From assembly GCA_964016885.1 (NCBI GenBank), contig OZ024753.1, forward strand, positions 29,450,001 to 29,514,000: DNA of 64,000 nucleotides, written 5' to 3'. The translations under genes were made by a program, and so were the position numbers. The notes beneath the pieces are model-generated. The model searched no databases. It was not told the DNA's origin and saw only the letters and a list, made by a program, of their open reading frames with translations. Source of the stretch: Eledone cirrhosa. Taxonomy: Eukaryota. Shown here piece by piece: positions 1-13,050 of the stretch (position 1 is the stretch's first letter; each line of letters opens with the position of its first letter).

Positions 1-170
1 TTATGTTTCACTTTGATTGAATTCCCTCTCCACCAACACTTGCTATCCCTCCGTCTTCCTCTTTCCCATTTATCCCATATATATATATCAAATCCAGTTA
101 ACATATTTACGAGCAAGGGTTCTACTCAAAATGACTTAAAGTCTTTCATCCTTGTAGCGTAAAATTACAG

Positions 171-348
171 ACCAGCCAACCCCTAAAAAACCAAACGGGG
201 AGTACCATGAAAACGGGAAGAAATGAGGCAAAATGGGGAGATTTTACATAATGAAAGCTAGACCAATTTTCACAAGAGAAGACATCTCTCACCCAGCCCA
301 AAGTGGCTGAGAGATCTTCCTGTCGGACGGGGAGAGTTGACATGTCTG
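171..348 (+). mobile_element. MITE copy (CAGACCTGCCAAC-TIR family), decayed left end
   Basis: Internal sequence (gaaatgaggcaaaatggggagattttacat...agaagacatctctcaccc) matches the copies at 8211-8789 and 36696-37002; ends in gttgacatgtctg. Confidence 0.7.
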
Positions 349-612
349 TCTCCTATGATATTTAAAATGAACACATTATATTAGGGGCTTTCTTGGAACA
401 CATTATATTAGGGGGTTCTACTCGTGGGAAAATGACTGTATATTTGAAGATGGAACGCCTTTGATCTCAAACTATACACATCTATCCGTCTGTTTAATTG
501 ACTGCTTGTTAGCATGCACCTACTTCTGCAGGCATATATTTATCTTTCATTTTTAGCGTTATCTACACGAAACGAATTTTTCTTTCATTTTTCTAGAAAA
601 CACCTCTTTCTC

Positions 613-701
<89 letters not shown>

Positions 702-882
702 CTTTCACTCTCCAATATCTGTAATACGTATCTAATCGATTCGATATGGCAAAAAACGGTTCGAATTCTTTCACAAATGTAAATGTGTTTTTTGTTTTTT
801 GTATTTATACATGCATTCTGCATACATACATACATACATACATACATACATACATACATACATACATACATACATACATACA

Positions 883-913
<31 letters not shown>

Positions 914-1325
914 GTACACCCACACACACACACTTATATATATATATATATAAAAGTGCGTATCCGTATATGTTTGTAAGAATGTGTAAATTCCAACCTA
1001 CGCAGACTACCTTCATTCTATTTACAAGTAACACCAAAGCTAAATTTCCCGCTCAGGCAAGATGTCAAATCATCCCATTTTGTGCAAACACTCTGTTCTA
1101 TCTGTTTAAGACGGTAACGTTTGTGTGTCTTCTGCACTGAGCCAAACATAATAATGCATTTCAACTTGAAGTATGTACGAAGTAAACTGTTATTCCTTAA
1201 ATCGTGTAATGCTTCTTGCTTCACTAAATGGAGGCAGAAAAATTGACTACTGGCCATTTTGTTCATTCTAATCTTATCTTTCTGAGTAAGCTTAGCATGA
1301 TTTGTACAGTTAATAAAAGTTTTAA

Positions 1326-1549
1326 TCCTTTAGCATTTAAACCGACCGTATCCTGCAAGAGTTCGCTCACCCCTGTCTGTTCAATCTGGCCATAACCGGC
1401 CACCCATACTGATGTTAAGGTAATGTTCTCAAAATAAATAACATCAAAATCTCGTAGATTCGATATTATGTGAGATAAATTACGTAAGATAAAGCCTTTA
1501 CCATAAAAATACAATAGTATATATAGAGAGTAATGTAAATGCTAAAGGA
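1326..1549. mobile_element. piggyBac-like MITE
   Basis: TTAA followed by tcctttagcatttaa ... taaatgctaaagga inverted ends; partial reverse-strand copy at 14140-14257 also ends in TTAA. Confidence 0.6.
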
Positions 1550-1667
1550 TTTTCATTTTAACATTTACAAATATAGGCTCAGACTAACAAACGTATCCAG
1601 TTCTCCTCGCAGATTTTATCAAATATTTGTATTTAGTATGGAGTTAAAGAGAAGAGTCATTATGTAT

Positions 1668-1895
1668 GTATGGTATGATCCCGTAACTTTTGGGGGCATT
1701 CTAAAACCTGGCGGAGCCCACTCCTCTCCAGGTCTGAATACAGCAGATTCCCTTCAGAGAAGAATAGAGAGTGAGAGAATGGAAGTGAGAATGAGATATA
1801 GAGGAAGAACTGAACCCAGTACTAGACTGGTATTTCTTTATCGGCCTCGAAAGGCTGAAAGACAAAGTTGACCTCACACGGGATTTAGACTGAAG
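1668..1895 (-). mobile_element. tRNA-SINE subfamily B fragment (long-tail variant)
   Basis: Reverse complement matches the central domain and tail of the copy at 42858-43180. Confidence 0.7.
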
Positions 1896-1902
1896 GAGAC
1901 AA

Positions 1903-2017
<115 letters not shown>

Positions 2018-2112
2018 GGGAGAATCGACTCGAATACTAGACTGGTACTTTTTTGTCGACTTCGAAAGGATGAAAGGCCAAATTGATCTCAACGGGACTG
2101 AAGAGGAGAGAT

Positions 2113-2188
<76 letters not shown>

Positions 2189-2497
2189 GCAGAGAGAGAA
2201 GTGATAAAGAGATAGAGAGGAATAATCGACCCCATATGCAATGTCTTTTCAAAGTTAGATATGAATGTCTGTAAATGTTACATTACTATTGATGTAATTC
2301 CCTATCTTGTATATCTGGATGTATTACATCTCTGCTAGTATTACGCAATCAGAAATACGGTGGTAAATCGTTTCTTTATGCTGCTTCCATTATCAGTAGT
2401 TAAAGTTCCCTTCCCGTTTAGTTATATTACTTCAGAATCTTATAAGTTGGACATTGATTTTACTGTTCGGCCATTAATTAAGAGACTTTGTAACATG

Positions 2498-3000
2498 GTT
2501 GGCTTCCATATTTGATCACTTCCTCTCGGCTCAATTTTGTAAGATACGTTGACTTCTATATTTGATCACTTCTCGGCTCAATTTTACAAGATACGTTGAC
2601 TTCTATATTTGATCACTTCTCGGCTCAATTTTACAAGATACGTTGACTTCCATATTTGATCATTTCTTCTCTGCTCAATTTTACAAAATACGTTGACTTC
2701 CATATTTGATCACTTCTTCTCTGCTCAAATTTGCAAGATACGTTGACTTCCATATTTGATCACGTCTCTGCTCAATTTTACAAAATATGTTGACTTCCAT
2801 ATTTGATCACTTCTTCTCTGCTTAACTTTGCAAGATACGTTGATTTCTCTATTTGATCACTTCTTCTCTGCTCAATTTTGCAAGATACGTTGAGTTCCAT
2901 ATTTGATCACTTCTCCGCTGTTTTGCAAGTATTTGATCACTTCTTCTCCGCTCAATTTTGCAAGTATTTGATGACTTCCGCTCTGCTGAATTTTGTAAGA
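2498..3000. repeat. 47/50-bp minisatellite, about 10 copies
   Basis: Unit gttgacttccatatttgatcacttcttctctgctcaattttgcaagatac at 2642, 2692, 2742 and others, with 3-bp indel variants. Confidence 0.95.
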
Positions 3001-3782
3001 TGTGTCCAATAGTATATACAGTTGAATTAAATGCTACCTTCTTCTCTATTTGAATAAAACATGTGTAAATCAATTTCTGAAAACATTTTATCAGTATTAT
3101 TACTATTGATATTAAACCAGTGGAGTTACAAAACTGGTGCCACTCCGAACAAATGTCTATCGGTGTTGTGTTACAAATCCCACCAAAGTCGATTTTTGTC
3201 TTTCCTGCTTTGTCGATAAAATGAAAACCAGTAGAGGTGGTAATGGTGGTGAAGGGGCTGCTGATTGTGGTGTGGTGATGATGTTGGTGCTGGCGGTGCT
3301 ATGCTACTGCTGCTGTTGCTGGTGATAGTTGTGGTAGTGGTAGTGCTGGTGGTGCTGGTGGTTGTCGTCGAGGCCGTGGTGCTGGTGGTGTTGGTGGTGA
3401 TGGTTGTGGTGGTAATGGTGGTGATAATGCTAGTGGTGTTGGTGGTAGTTATGGCGATGTTGTTATCAATGGTGGAGTGTTTCATGAGGTTTATGATGGT
3501 AGTGGTGTGTTGGTGTAGAACCCTGGCTAATGAAAAATCAATAACCAAAACATTTGTCTCAGAGATCTCTGCTTAAATTTTGGAAACCTATGACGTCAGC
3601 ATTCAATATTACTCAAACGTTTTACCATTTTTTATACAACCGCTTTCAGCCATTTTCGAGTCTTACTTCCAATTATCTCTAACAACACCCCCCACCCCAC
3701 CCCTCACCGCCACAATCCCCCATGTCTCTCTCTCTTCTTGTAAATATATATATATATACATTTATTTATTTATATTTATATA

Positions 3783-3861
3783 CAGGGTGTTCTCCAAAAA
3801 TGTATACACACTTCAACAGCATTCTTATAAAAGTGTATATACATTTTGGGGGGACACCCTG
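3783..3861. mobile_element. Tc1/mariner-type MITE (about 80 bp)
   Basis: TA|cagggtgttctccaaaaatgtatacacactt ... aagtgtatatacattttggggggacaccctg|TA: long TIRs and TA TSD. Confidence 0.85.
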
Positions 3862-3955
3862 TAGATTTACACACGCGCACAAGCACACACACATATATAT
3901 ATACGCACACACAGAGACACACATACATACATACATACATACATACATACATACA

Positions 3956-3986
<31 letters not shown>

Positions 3987-4319
3987 GCCTCTATCGAACC
4001 ATGCATATATCCATCTCCGTATATGTGCGCGTGCGCATGCGTGCCTCTTTATGTGTGTGCCTATCTGGGTGAGAGTGTGGTGTGTGCGGATGCGGGTGCG
4101 CGTATTGGTTTATACATAAATATGTTTGTGTGAGCCTGTACGTTTGGGTCTGCTAGTGAAACATGGAAATAATCAATTAGCTAAACTAGATGTAAATTAT
4201 TAAACAGATCATTGGCAAGACCATAAAATGGACGATACAAATGTTGAAAATAACAATAACGGCTTTGTTTCAGACTATACATACATATATATATATATAT
4301 ATACATATATATATGAGGA

Positions 4320-4534
4320 ACGATCGACTTTCGTCAAATCGGACCGAGGGAACAATGTTTCCGTTGGTCTTTCCAATTGCTAATACTATCTATCGGTCGC
4401 AACTCCGGGTAGAAGGAGCAACGTGAAATAAAGTGTCTTGCTCAAGGACATAACGCATCGCCTGGTCCAGGAATCGAACTCACAACCTTACGATTGCGAA
4501 TCCAATAATTCTCTAATCACTCAGCCACAGGCCT
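4320..4534 (-). mobile_element. tRNA-derived SINE with CORE-like domain
   Basis: Minus strand has box A-like tggctgagtg, box B gagttcgattcc, then tgtccttgagcaagacactt (CORE-like); related copy at 22400-22590. Confidence 0.7.
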
Positions 4535-4535
4535 T

Positions 4536-4583
<48 letters not shown>

Positions 4584-4627
4584 TTTTTTTAGAGGAAGAA
4601 ACATCACGGACGCTCTATCTCAAAATT

Positions 4628-4664
4628 ATTTTTGAAAAGCATTAGAAATGCGCAACCGGTAAAA
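4628..4664 (+). ncRNA. Degenerate type I hammerhead motif (U3-A8 variant, GAAA mutated to GCAA)
   Basis: tttt-TTGAAAA-gcat tagaa atgc-GCAA-ccgg-TA-aaa; homologous to 11119-11156. Confidence 0.5.
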
Positions 4665-4789
4665 CTTAAAACCAAAAATTGAATACTAACCAATACTATT
4701 ACTAATTCTCACTTATTCCTAATTAAACTATTTTTCACTGTGAACAATTTGTCAGCATTTTCTTTTCCGTTTACCAATATATATATAAA

Positions 4790-5172
4790 TCCGTCGTGAC
4801 CTTTCTCCGAACTTTACACACCTTCCCACACTTGGTCTTTCCTTCCACGCATTACCTCTGTTTGATTTTGTTACTGTACTTGTTTATTTCCGTATATGAT
4901 TCTTCGCCTGTGTTCTTACAATTTTATTTCTATCATGCTTTATTTTTATTTTTATTTTTATTATTTTTTTCATTCGCACCGTTTCCTTTCGCTATATGTC
5001 TCTCCACCACTCCCCTACACACCCTTTGAACTCTGTTCCCACACACTTCTCACCTGAGGAAGGGCTTATGCCCGAAACGTCGTTCCCCACCAACACCCCA
5101 CTCTTCAGAGCGTGAAATTAATAAACATTCGTTGTACTGCCTCTCTGTTTTGTCCCTGTTCAAATTTTTCCA
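4790..5172 (+). mobile_element. Penelope-like pseudo-LTR fragment ending in (TA)n, with minimal hammerhead at 5054-5081
   Basis: CTGAGGA-a-gggc ttat gccc-GAAA-c-GTC (palindromic ACGT helix III); aataaa downstream; abuts (TA)n. Confidence 0.6.
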
Positions 5173-5249
5173 TTATATATATATATATATATATATATAT
5201 AATGGGTAAACATAGTTTACTCATCACTACCCCAAATATGTATATATAT

Positions 5250-5340
<91 letters not shown>

Positions 5341-5519
5341 AAAATGAAAAATTAAACCAGGATTATTATAATAATCCTGGTTTAATATATATATGTATAA
5401 TATGCGCGCGCGTGTGTGTGTGCGGGCGCGGGTATATATATATATATATAAATATATATATACCTTTGTGTATATATGTATCTATTTGTGTGTATATATG
5501 ACATATATATATTACATTC

Positions 5520-5553
5520 CTGATGATTTCATATGAATGAAACAGTTCCAGTC
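5520..5553 (+). ncRNA. Degenerate hammerhead-like motif
   Basis: CTGATGA-t-ttca ta tgaa-t-GAAA-cagttcca-GTC; related decayed copy near 35243-35277. Confidence 0.35.
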
Positions 5554-5579
5554 CTGTAGAAGTCATTCCTGTATAAAAT

Positions 5580-5890
5580 AATTGTTTCTACGTTAGGCAC
5601 AAGGCCAGCAATTACCCAGTGCATTACTGGTACTTTATTTTATAGACCCCTTTAAGGATGAAAGGCAAAGTTAACCTCGGCGGGATTTGAACTCAGAATT
5701 GCAAAATGGTTTCTGATTTAGTCACAAAGCCACCAATTTTTTTTTTAGTTGGGGGGGGGGAGTATTTCTATTGAATTGACTCCAGTGCATTACAGGTGCT
5801 TTATTTTATCGGTCCCGTAAAGATGAAAGGCAAAGGTTTCTGGTTTTTGCACAAGGCCAGCAATTATCCCAGTACATTACTGGTACTTTA
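5580..5890 (-). mobile_element. Cluster of three truncated tRNA-SINE A fragments
   Basis: Repeated gatgaaaggcaaag / cacaaggccagcaatt / actggtacttta blocks. Confidence 0.85.
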
Positions 5891-6244
5891 AAGATACTCA
5901 TTGATAATATGACGAGATTTCGTTTTAAAATCATATTCTCTGACTTTCACGGAGACCTTGTTGCATTCAGACTCGATCTATCAAATGATGAGTCACAGTT
6001 TCCCCGGCACCAATTCAAATACTAAAAACTTCTGTAAACTTCACACGTCTGTTGCCCTTTCTCACTTTGACTATGTCATACAAAAATCTAGAATGGGTTG
6101 GGCAGAAAACGAAAAGAAATATTTTGAAACATGAAAGCCAGTACCTCCCATGCTGTGTTGATGGACAGTATAAATAGTGCTATAAGTTTCCATGGCGATA
6201 CTTTTATGGTTATCATTCTCCAACGTTGTCAATCGATTTCGTTC

Positions 6245-6355
<111 letters not shown>

Positions 6356-6437
6356 CTGTTCTGGGTTTTGGAGGGTTTTTGTTGTTGTTTTTTACGAAGT
6401 TAAATTCACCAACCACTGAGCGGCAAAGAAATATGTA

Positions 6438-6850
6438 TAATTGTTTCTACTTCAGCAATTTGAAGGGGAGGGAAAAGTGGATTAAATCGACCCCAATACA
6501 TTACCGGTGCTTTATTTTATCGACCCCATAAGGATGAAAGGCAAAGTTAACCTTGGCGGGATTTTAACTCAGAACGTAAAATGCCATAACTCTATGCTAC
6601 AAAGCATGGTGCCTGACGCTCTACCAATACTACCAATCCACCGTCCTAAAGAACTACGTATAAGGCCAACAATTTGGAGGGTAAGTCGATAAAATCGATC
6701 CCAGTGTGTGGCTGGTACTTTATTCTATCGACCCCCGTAAGGATGAAAGGCAAAGCTAACCTAGGCGGGGTTGGGGTTACATACAGAAGGAAAAGAGACA
6801 TAACTTTATGTTGCAAAACATGATGTCTAACTACCGCTGAGTGGCAAAGA
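6438..6850 (-). mobile_element. Two adjacent tRNA-SINE A copies
   Basis: Match to the full-length copy at 47485-47670. Confidence 0.85.
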
Positions 6851-7261
6851 ACTTTGTAAAATAAAAGTTGATTTGTTCAAAATATGCCAGAATGATTAGA
6901 ATCAACTATTAATGGTTTTAAAATATTGAAACGTGCGTCTCTCTGTCAAGAAATCCGCCTCATCTGCTGTGTAGAGACTTCTTCCATAGATTCATTTATC
7001 AAGTGCAGACGATTTGTTTTCTGAAAGAAATTGATATTGTTTGAACTACGAACCTGTGAAGGCTGAGAGATTTTATACTGTGTCGATGTAATAAATGTAT
7101 AGCAAGTAAACAAAAAAAAAACACATTTAAAAAAAATGTTTTGCTCGGTTATTCTTTTTTTGATTTATTGATGCAGAAAGTCTGAAGTACTTTCGGAATT
7201 AAGTTTTCCAGATTTACTCGTATATAATGGTATTCTGAAATATTAGCATACATACATACAT

Positions 7262-7292
<31 letters not shown>

Positions 7293-7419
7293 TATATATA
7301 TGCTTGCGTTTGTGTGCGTGTGTTTGTGTTTGAGTGTGTAGACATACAACAATATTGAGCAAAGACAACTAATACCAAATTACAGAGTATAATATATATT
7401 TTATATACATAAATATATG

Positions 7420-7820
7420 TATTTCATATACATATTTCATATATATATTTCATAAATATATTTCATATACATATTACATATATGTATTTCATATATATAT
7501 TTCATATATATATTTCATATACATATTTCATATATATATTTCATATACATATTTCATATATATATTTCATATATATATTTCATATACATATTTCATATAT
7601 ATATTTCATATATATATTTCATATATATATTTCATATATATATTTCATATATATATTTCATATACATATTTCATATATATATTTCATATATATATTTCAT
7701 ATATATATTTCATATACATATTACATATATATATTTCATATATATATTTCATATACATATTACATATATATATTTCATATATATATTTCATATACATATT
7801 ATATATATGTACTTCATATA
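7420..7820. repeat. 13-bp minisatellite (atttcatatatat / atttcatatacat)
   Basis: About 30 tandem units seen directly. Confidence 0.9.
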
Positions 7821-8210
7821 CCTATATATGCGCCGGTGCAACTTAATTTTAAGCTTAAAATAAACAGTAAAACGTGATGATATTTGCTGCATGCATCAAG
7901 TTTCAGATACATTAAATACTTTTTAACATCTGCAACAAATTTAGTTGTTAAACATACTTAACACCAAAGGATAACAATTTAATTACAATGTCTTGGCAGT
8001 TGTTGCTTGTAATGTTATAAGTACAAATATTTACTTGCTCTTAATACATTAATTAGATTGTTATTCTGTTTTCTTTCCGCTTACTGATCGCTGGCTACAG
8101 TTGTTTCTTTTGATTAATGAAGGCTGGTAATAGCTCGACAAGATTAGTCTAATTTTAACTATATTCCTCAATAAAGATAAAGCCTTTATTCAACCAACCC
8201 ATACTTATAT

Positions 8211-8789
8211 CAGACCTGCCAACCTCTAAAAGCCCAGAAGGATTAGTTGACCCGGTGCTTGGCTGGTGCTTTGTTTTGTTGACTCTAAAAGAACGGTGGG
8301 AGAGGTTGACTCAGGCAGGATTTAAACTCAGAACGTAATGGGCCGTAACTCTCTGCTACAAAGTGGTTTCTTAATGGTTTCTTAAATAGGCACAAGGCCA
8401 GCAATTTTGGGGGGAGGGGAAAGTCGATTAAATCGACCCCAGTGCGTGACTGGTACTTTATTTATCGACCCAGTAAGGATGAAAAGCAAAGTTAACCTCG
8501 GTCGGATTTGAACTCAGACCGTAAAGGGCCGTAACTATATGCTGCAAAGCATGGTGTCTGACGCTCTAGCGATTACTGCCAAACCACCTAATAATAAAAA
8601 TAATAAGTTGAATATTCAATCAAAGACGATAATCATGAAAAAAAGTGCCCCCAAACGGGAAGAAATGAGGCAAAATGGGGAGATTTTACATAATGAAAGC
8701 TATATCCATTCTCACACGAGAAGACATCTCTCACCCACCCGAAAGTAGGAGAGAGATCTCCCGTCGGACAGGGAGAGTTGACAGGTCTG
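8211..8789 (+). mobile_element. MITE with 13-bp TIR and 6-bp TSD, carrying nested SINEs (about 8245-8590)
   Basis: ttatat|CAGACCTGCCAAC ... GTTGACAGGTCTG|ttatat. Confidence 0.8.
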
Positions 8790-9769
8790 TTATATTCACA
8801 CAATTGTTGACGGAATGATGAATAGAACTAGTAATTTAATTTTACAACTATGTTCTTCAACTGTAAATAATTTAAATAACATTCTTATATTTTTTATTTG
8901 GATACATTTGCAATTCGTATATCTTGAATTTGACTCAGAAAAAAGACAATTCGTACACTCTCGTGCATTTACTCTATTTGCATATATTTTATCAATAAAG
9001 ATTTGATGGAAAGGTGTATCACTTTGGAAATATTTAAAAATAAGGAGGGTTTAAGAACTCTGCCCCCCCCCCCCCCCCACACACACACACACACACCCCA
9101 CCACGCCCAAACACAGCTCTCTCGGGAATAAGTGGGCGAAGAAGAAGAAGAAAAAGAAGAAGATTATCCACAACTACCTTTCTTCCCCACATCACTTTCA
9201 CATTATTTCCTCTACATTCTTTTTCTCACAAAAATACTCTCTCACTCACTCTCTCTTTCTTTTTCTCTTACACACACACAAACACTCATATACTCGCTCT
9301 CACTCTCTCCCCTCTCTCTCTCTTTTTCTTACACATACACACACACAAATACCCGCAAACACTCAGACACACATACTTCTCGCAAGGTATAGAAGATGAG
9401 AGTCATTAGCGGACGGCGCTTACTTAGTTGAATGTTTACCTTGGTAAAGATAAGCAGGCAGAGTTCAGTAAATGTTAATGAGTCAAATTTCTGCTAACAT
9501 TACAATCTCGAAGCTGATATCTATTTCTACAACTGCCAATATATGAATTGTAAATCTCAAGTGGTTGACTTACAATGAATATATATCGAGGGAGTTGTTA
9601 AGCTAATGTGTCAAGTTCATGCATCGTCGTGTAAATAGATGCCACACAAAGAAACCACTTCTAGTGAACTAACAAAGGTATCTCTCTATGTGGTTCATTG
9701 ACTAGCTAAAAACAACAGGCAAATATCTTGGTGGTATCTAGAGGGAAACCATATATTTAAGTTCCAAGG

Positions 9770-10108
9770 AGTCTTGGTAGGCTCGATAAAATAAAATATC
9801 AGTAACATACTGGGGTCGATTTAATCGAATTCCCCTCCCCACAAATTGTTAGCCTTCTGCCTAAATCAGAAATCATTATTATTATTGTTATGGTGGATTG
9901 GCAGTATCAGTAGAGCGTTAGATACCATGCTTTGCAGCACAGCGTTACGGCCCTTTACGTTCTGAGTTCAAATCCCACTGAGGTTAGCTTTGCCTTTCAT
10001 CCTTACGAGGTCGATAAAATAAAGCACCAGTTATGCACTGGGGTTAATTTAATCGACTTTCTCCCCTCCCAAAATTGTTAGCCTTGTGCCTAAAGTAGAA
10101 ACAATTAT
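9770..10108 (+). mobile_element. tRNA-SINE A: 3' half plus a full-length copy (9890-10108)
   Basis: Box A tggcagtatcag, box B gagttcaaatccc, central gcctttcatccttacgaggtcgataaaat (Meta-domain-like), tail gtagaaacaattatt. Confidence 0.9.
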
Positions 10109-10888
10109 TGTTGTTGTTGTTGTCGTCGTCATTGTTGTTGTTACTTCATTTCCTGTTCCGATTCTTGATCATATTCTTTACAAAATCCCATGTGGTTATT
10201 TATGATCGGCCAACATCTATTAAGACTAAAGTTGATCTTGGAAATCTAATGAGCAGCTTATCCGTTCACTTTAGTCAATATCTACAGATGAGACAAGTCA
10301 TGAGTAATCGATAGTGACATTAATTTGCCATGAAGTGTCTCAGTGACGTCTCACTTCTCCCCAACAAAAATTGGAACCAACTAAAGAGTTTTCAATAAAG
10401 GGATATCTTAATTACTTTCGGATTTTTCTATTGTATTTTTTCATGTTTTATTTTATTTTCTGGTTTAATTTTCTCATTTTTCTCTTTTTCTCTCTTTATA
10501 TATTCCCCCATCGACAACATCGACTATCTGCTCGGATCTGGTTTGGTCTGGTCTGGTCTGGTTTGATCTGGTCTGGTCTGGCAGACGTTTTCGCGTCTTC
10601 TTTTCTCTCTCTTCTATAATATTTTACTTCCATTGTAATTTTCCCTTTCTCTCTTTGTAACATCTTTACCGCCTTCGTGTATGTTATTATTTCCTCTTTT
10701 CTTGAACATCTCCAAATAAAGAAGGATGGATAGATTGCATTTACATTGTAAACGTGATACGATAGATCAATAAAGATAAATCATGACTCCATTGATCTTC
10801 ATCTCTCTGTTGCTCGCCCCCTCTGTCTCTCTCTATCCATCCCCCTCTCTATATATATCTACCTATCTCTCTCTATATATATACATAC

Positions 10889-10932
<44 letters not shown>

Positions 10933-11118
10933 CTGTAGCTTCACTAGAGTGAGCACTCGATGTGTAGTTTCCAGTAAGTATAAAGGTGTAGTACTAATAA
11001 TAAAAATCGTCCTTTTTTTATTAGTATATATATATATATATATATAAAGAAAAAGAGATGAAATCGAAAATGCAACTGAAGTCTTATTTTTTTTAAAAAT
11101 ATATATATTTATTTGGTT

Positions 11119-11156
11119 CCTTTACCGGTTTCGCAGTTCTTCTGCTTTTCAAAAGG
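11119..11156 (-). ncRNA. Minimal type I hammerhead ribozyme, U3-A8 core variant
   Basis: cctt-UUGAAAA-gcag aagaa cugc-GAAA-ccgg-UA-aagg: stems I and II intact, palindromic ACCGGU helix III, GUA site. Confidence 0.7.
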
Positions 11157-11225
11157 TGAGTTGAGATGGAGGGTCTGTGGTTTTTCTCATATATATATAT
11201 ATTTCAGTCTGTATATTATTATTAC

Positions 11226-11425
11226 TAGTCTGAACAGATACTTCTGAGGGGGGCTTTCAGGTCGCTGGTTATGGACAATTTTGAAAAAATCCTTGGCGGC
11301 GCTACTGAGGAGCACTGCGAGTTCGCAAACAAACTATACCGACACGGAATGACAATAGCCGGACTTTTCCGAAGTATATTTCGACGAGGAGTAGCCTACA
11401 TCTTAAATTATTTGTTCTGATCTAC
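11226..11425. mobile_element. GC-rich 200-bp insertion with imperfect inverted ends (MITE- or Helitron-like), containing a 49-codon ORF at 11271-11420
   Basis: tagtctgaacagata vs reverse complement tagatcagaacaaata; composition contrasts sharply with flanks. Confidence 0.4.
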
Positions 11426-12639
11426 TATATTGCATGCTACGAAAGTATTTAGCAGTAATTCTAGAGACTTCTGTTTTATGACATTCACCATATTTCTATA
11501 ATACGATTTGTTAATATCATTCGATTAGCTTCAAGCCTACTGTTAACTGATCGATATAGTGTATTTATTTAACTTTTGTATTTCACTGTTACTTTTTTCT
11601 GTCATGCAAAAATGTTTAGTTGTACTCCAAAATCATTTTAAGTTTCAATATACTGTATTTTTCTATAAGATTAATATCATCTCTTTTCACTCATACTTCT
11701 TTATATTGAGTTCAGAGTGATAAAAATTATATAAAATGACACTTGCAGGAATTAAATTCAAAATAGCGCGAAGAAAAACTAAATATGGTAATTTATATAA
11801 GCTGAAAAACTACTGATTCAGCCTTTTTTCGTAGTACATCACTATATCGCTATTATATATGGATTTAGAAAGAATCGTTGCTGAATAATAAATATATCGT
11901 TTAGAATGAGCATATTATCATGTAACCGTTTTCATAAATCGATATGTTCAGTTGTTTTCAAAGTAATAATTTACATGACCTTACCGTATTTTTGTAGTTG
12001 TAAAGTATTCGATATTTCTATTTGCTATTCATATAATCTGTCTCAAGAAAAGCTTTAGTGAAGCCCATTGTTACTTAGTAATAGTTTATTCTACTGTCAT
12101 AGAAAAATGTATTTCCTTGTGTAAATAATACGAATTTTCATTTATTCATGAGTCACAAGTAAGTAAGTAATTTTCTAATGAAGTACAAGAATAAACTTTG
12201 TCTGTAATATATACAATCTCTTCTCAGTAAACAGTCTCTATTACAGATATTCAATTACCGAATTTGAGCATATTTATTTAATTAAGTTCTTTCTTCATTG
12301 TCACATATCAAATTTTCCCACGTCTAAAATCAATAAAAATAATCACTCGATATGCATGCCATTGCTTACAGTACGTGGTCAGAAAATATCTGAATGTGTT
12401 TCGAAAATATCTAAATTTCATAAACTGATTTGCATCTGTCCTTAAAAGAGATTAATTTAAGACATCAAGTGCTTAAATTTCATGTCAACGAGGAGAAATA
12501 AATAACGGTTTTCTTGAATTAAATAAGATGGAAATCAATCTGCACATAATACACATGAGCTGTAATCAATACAAGAATATATAAGTTATAAGTTGTCGTG
12601 TATATACATTTCATTCTTCTTTGTCTACTTATTTCTGAG

Positions 12640-13050
12640 AGGGTCGTGTGGCAGAGTCCTCAGACACGCCTTCTAGAGGATTCTCTCAAAAGCAACCGTC
12701 TCTAAATGATACGGCTGGCTTTCCAAGCAAGACAAACCAAGCTTATGGGTGTTAACTAGGCATCTTGATTATGGTCTACGTCTGGGTTTCATGCCCGTTG
12801 GCTTTGCCTATAAAATCTACCCAGTGATTCTTTCTTTAGATATTCTAACCACATGTCCTTGGTATTAGAGCTGTGGGCTTTCGATTCAGAGAAGTAGCGG
12901 TTAAACCTGGAACGATTCACTGATCTCTGAGTTACGCACTCTATCGAGTAACGTTACTCTAAAGACCCTTTGGAAGAACCTTATTTCGACTGCTTGTATT
13001 CGAGATCGTATTCTTCAGGTCATTACCCAAGATCATTACCCATAGGTATG
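12640..13050 (-). mobile_element. Decayed RTE-clade LINE 3' end (Expander/Rex3-like)
   Basis: Translates with stops as TYGND..VMT*RIRSRIQAVEIRFFQRV..TLLDRVRNSEI..PLLL*IE..GHVVR..PTGMKPRRRP. Confidence 0.8.

Noticed and set aside
9890-9980. tRNA genes
   Set aside because: Box A/B are present, but no cloverleaf was found and they continue into a SINE body
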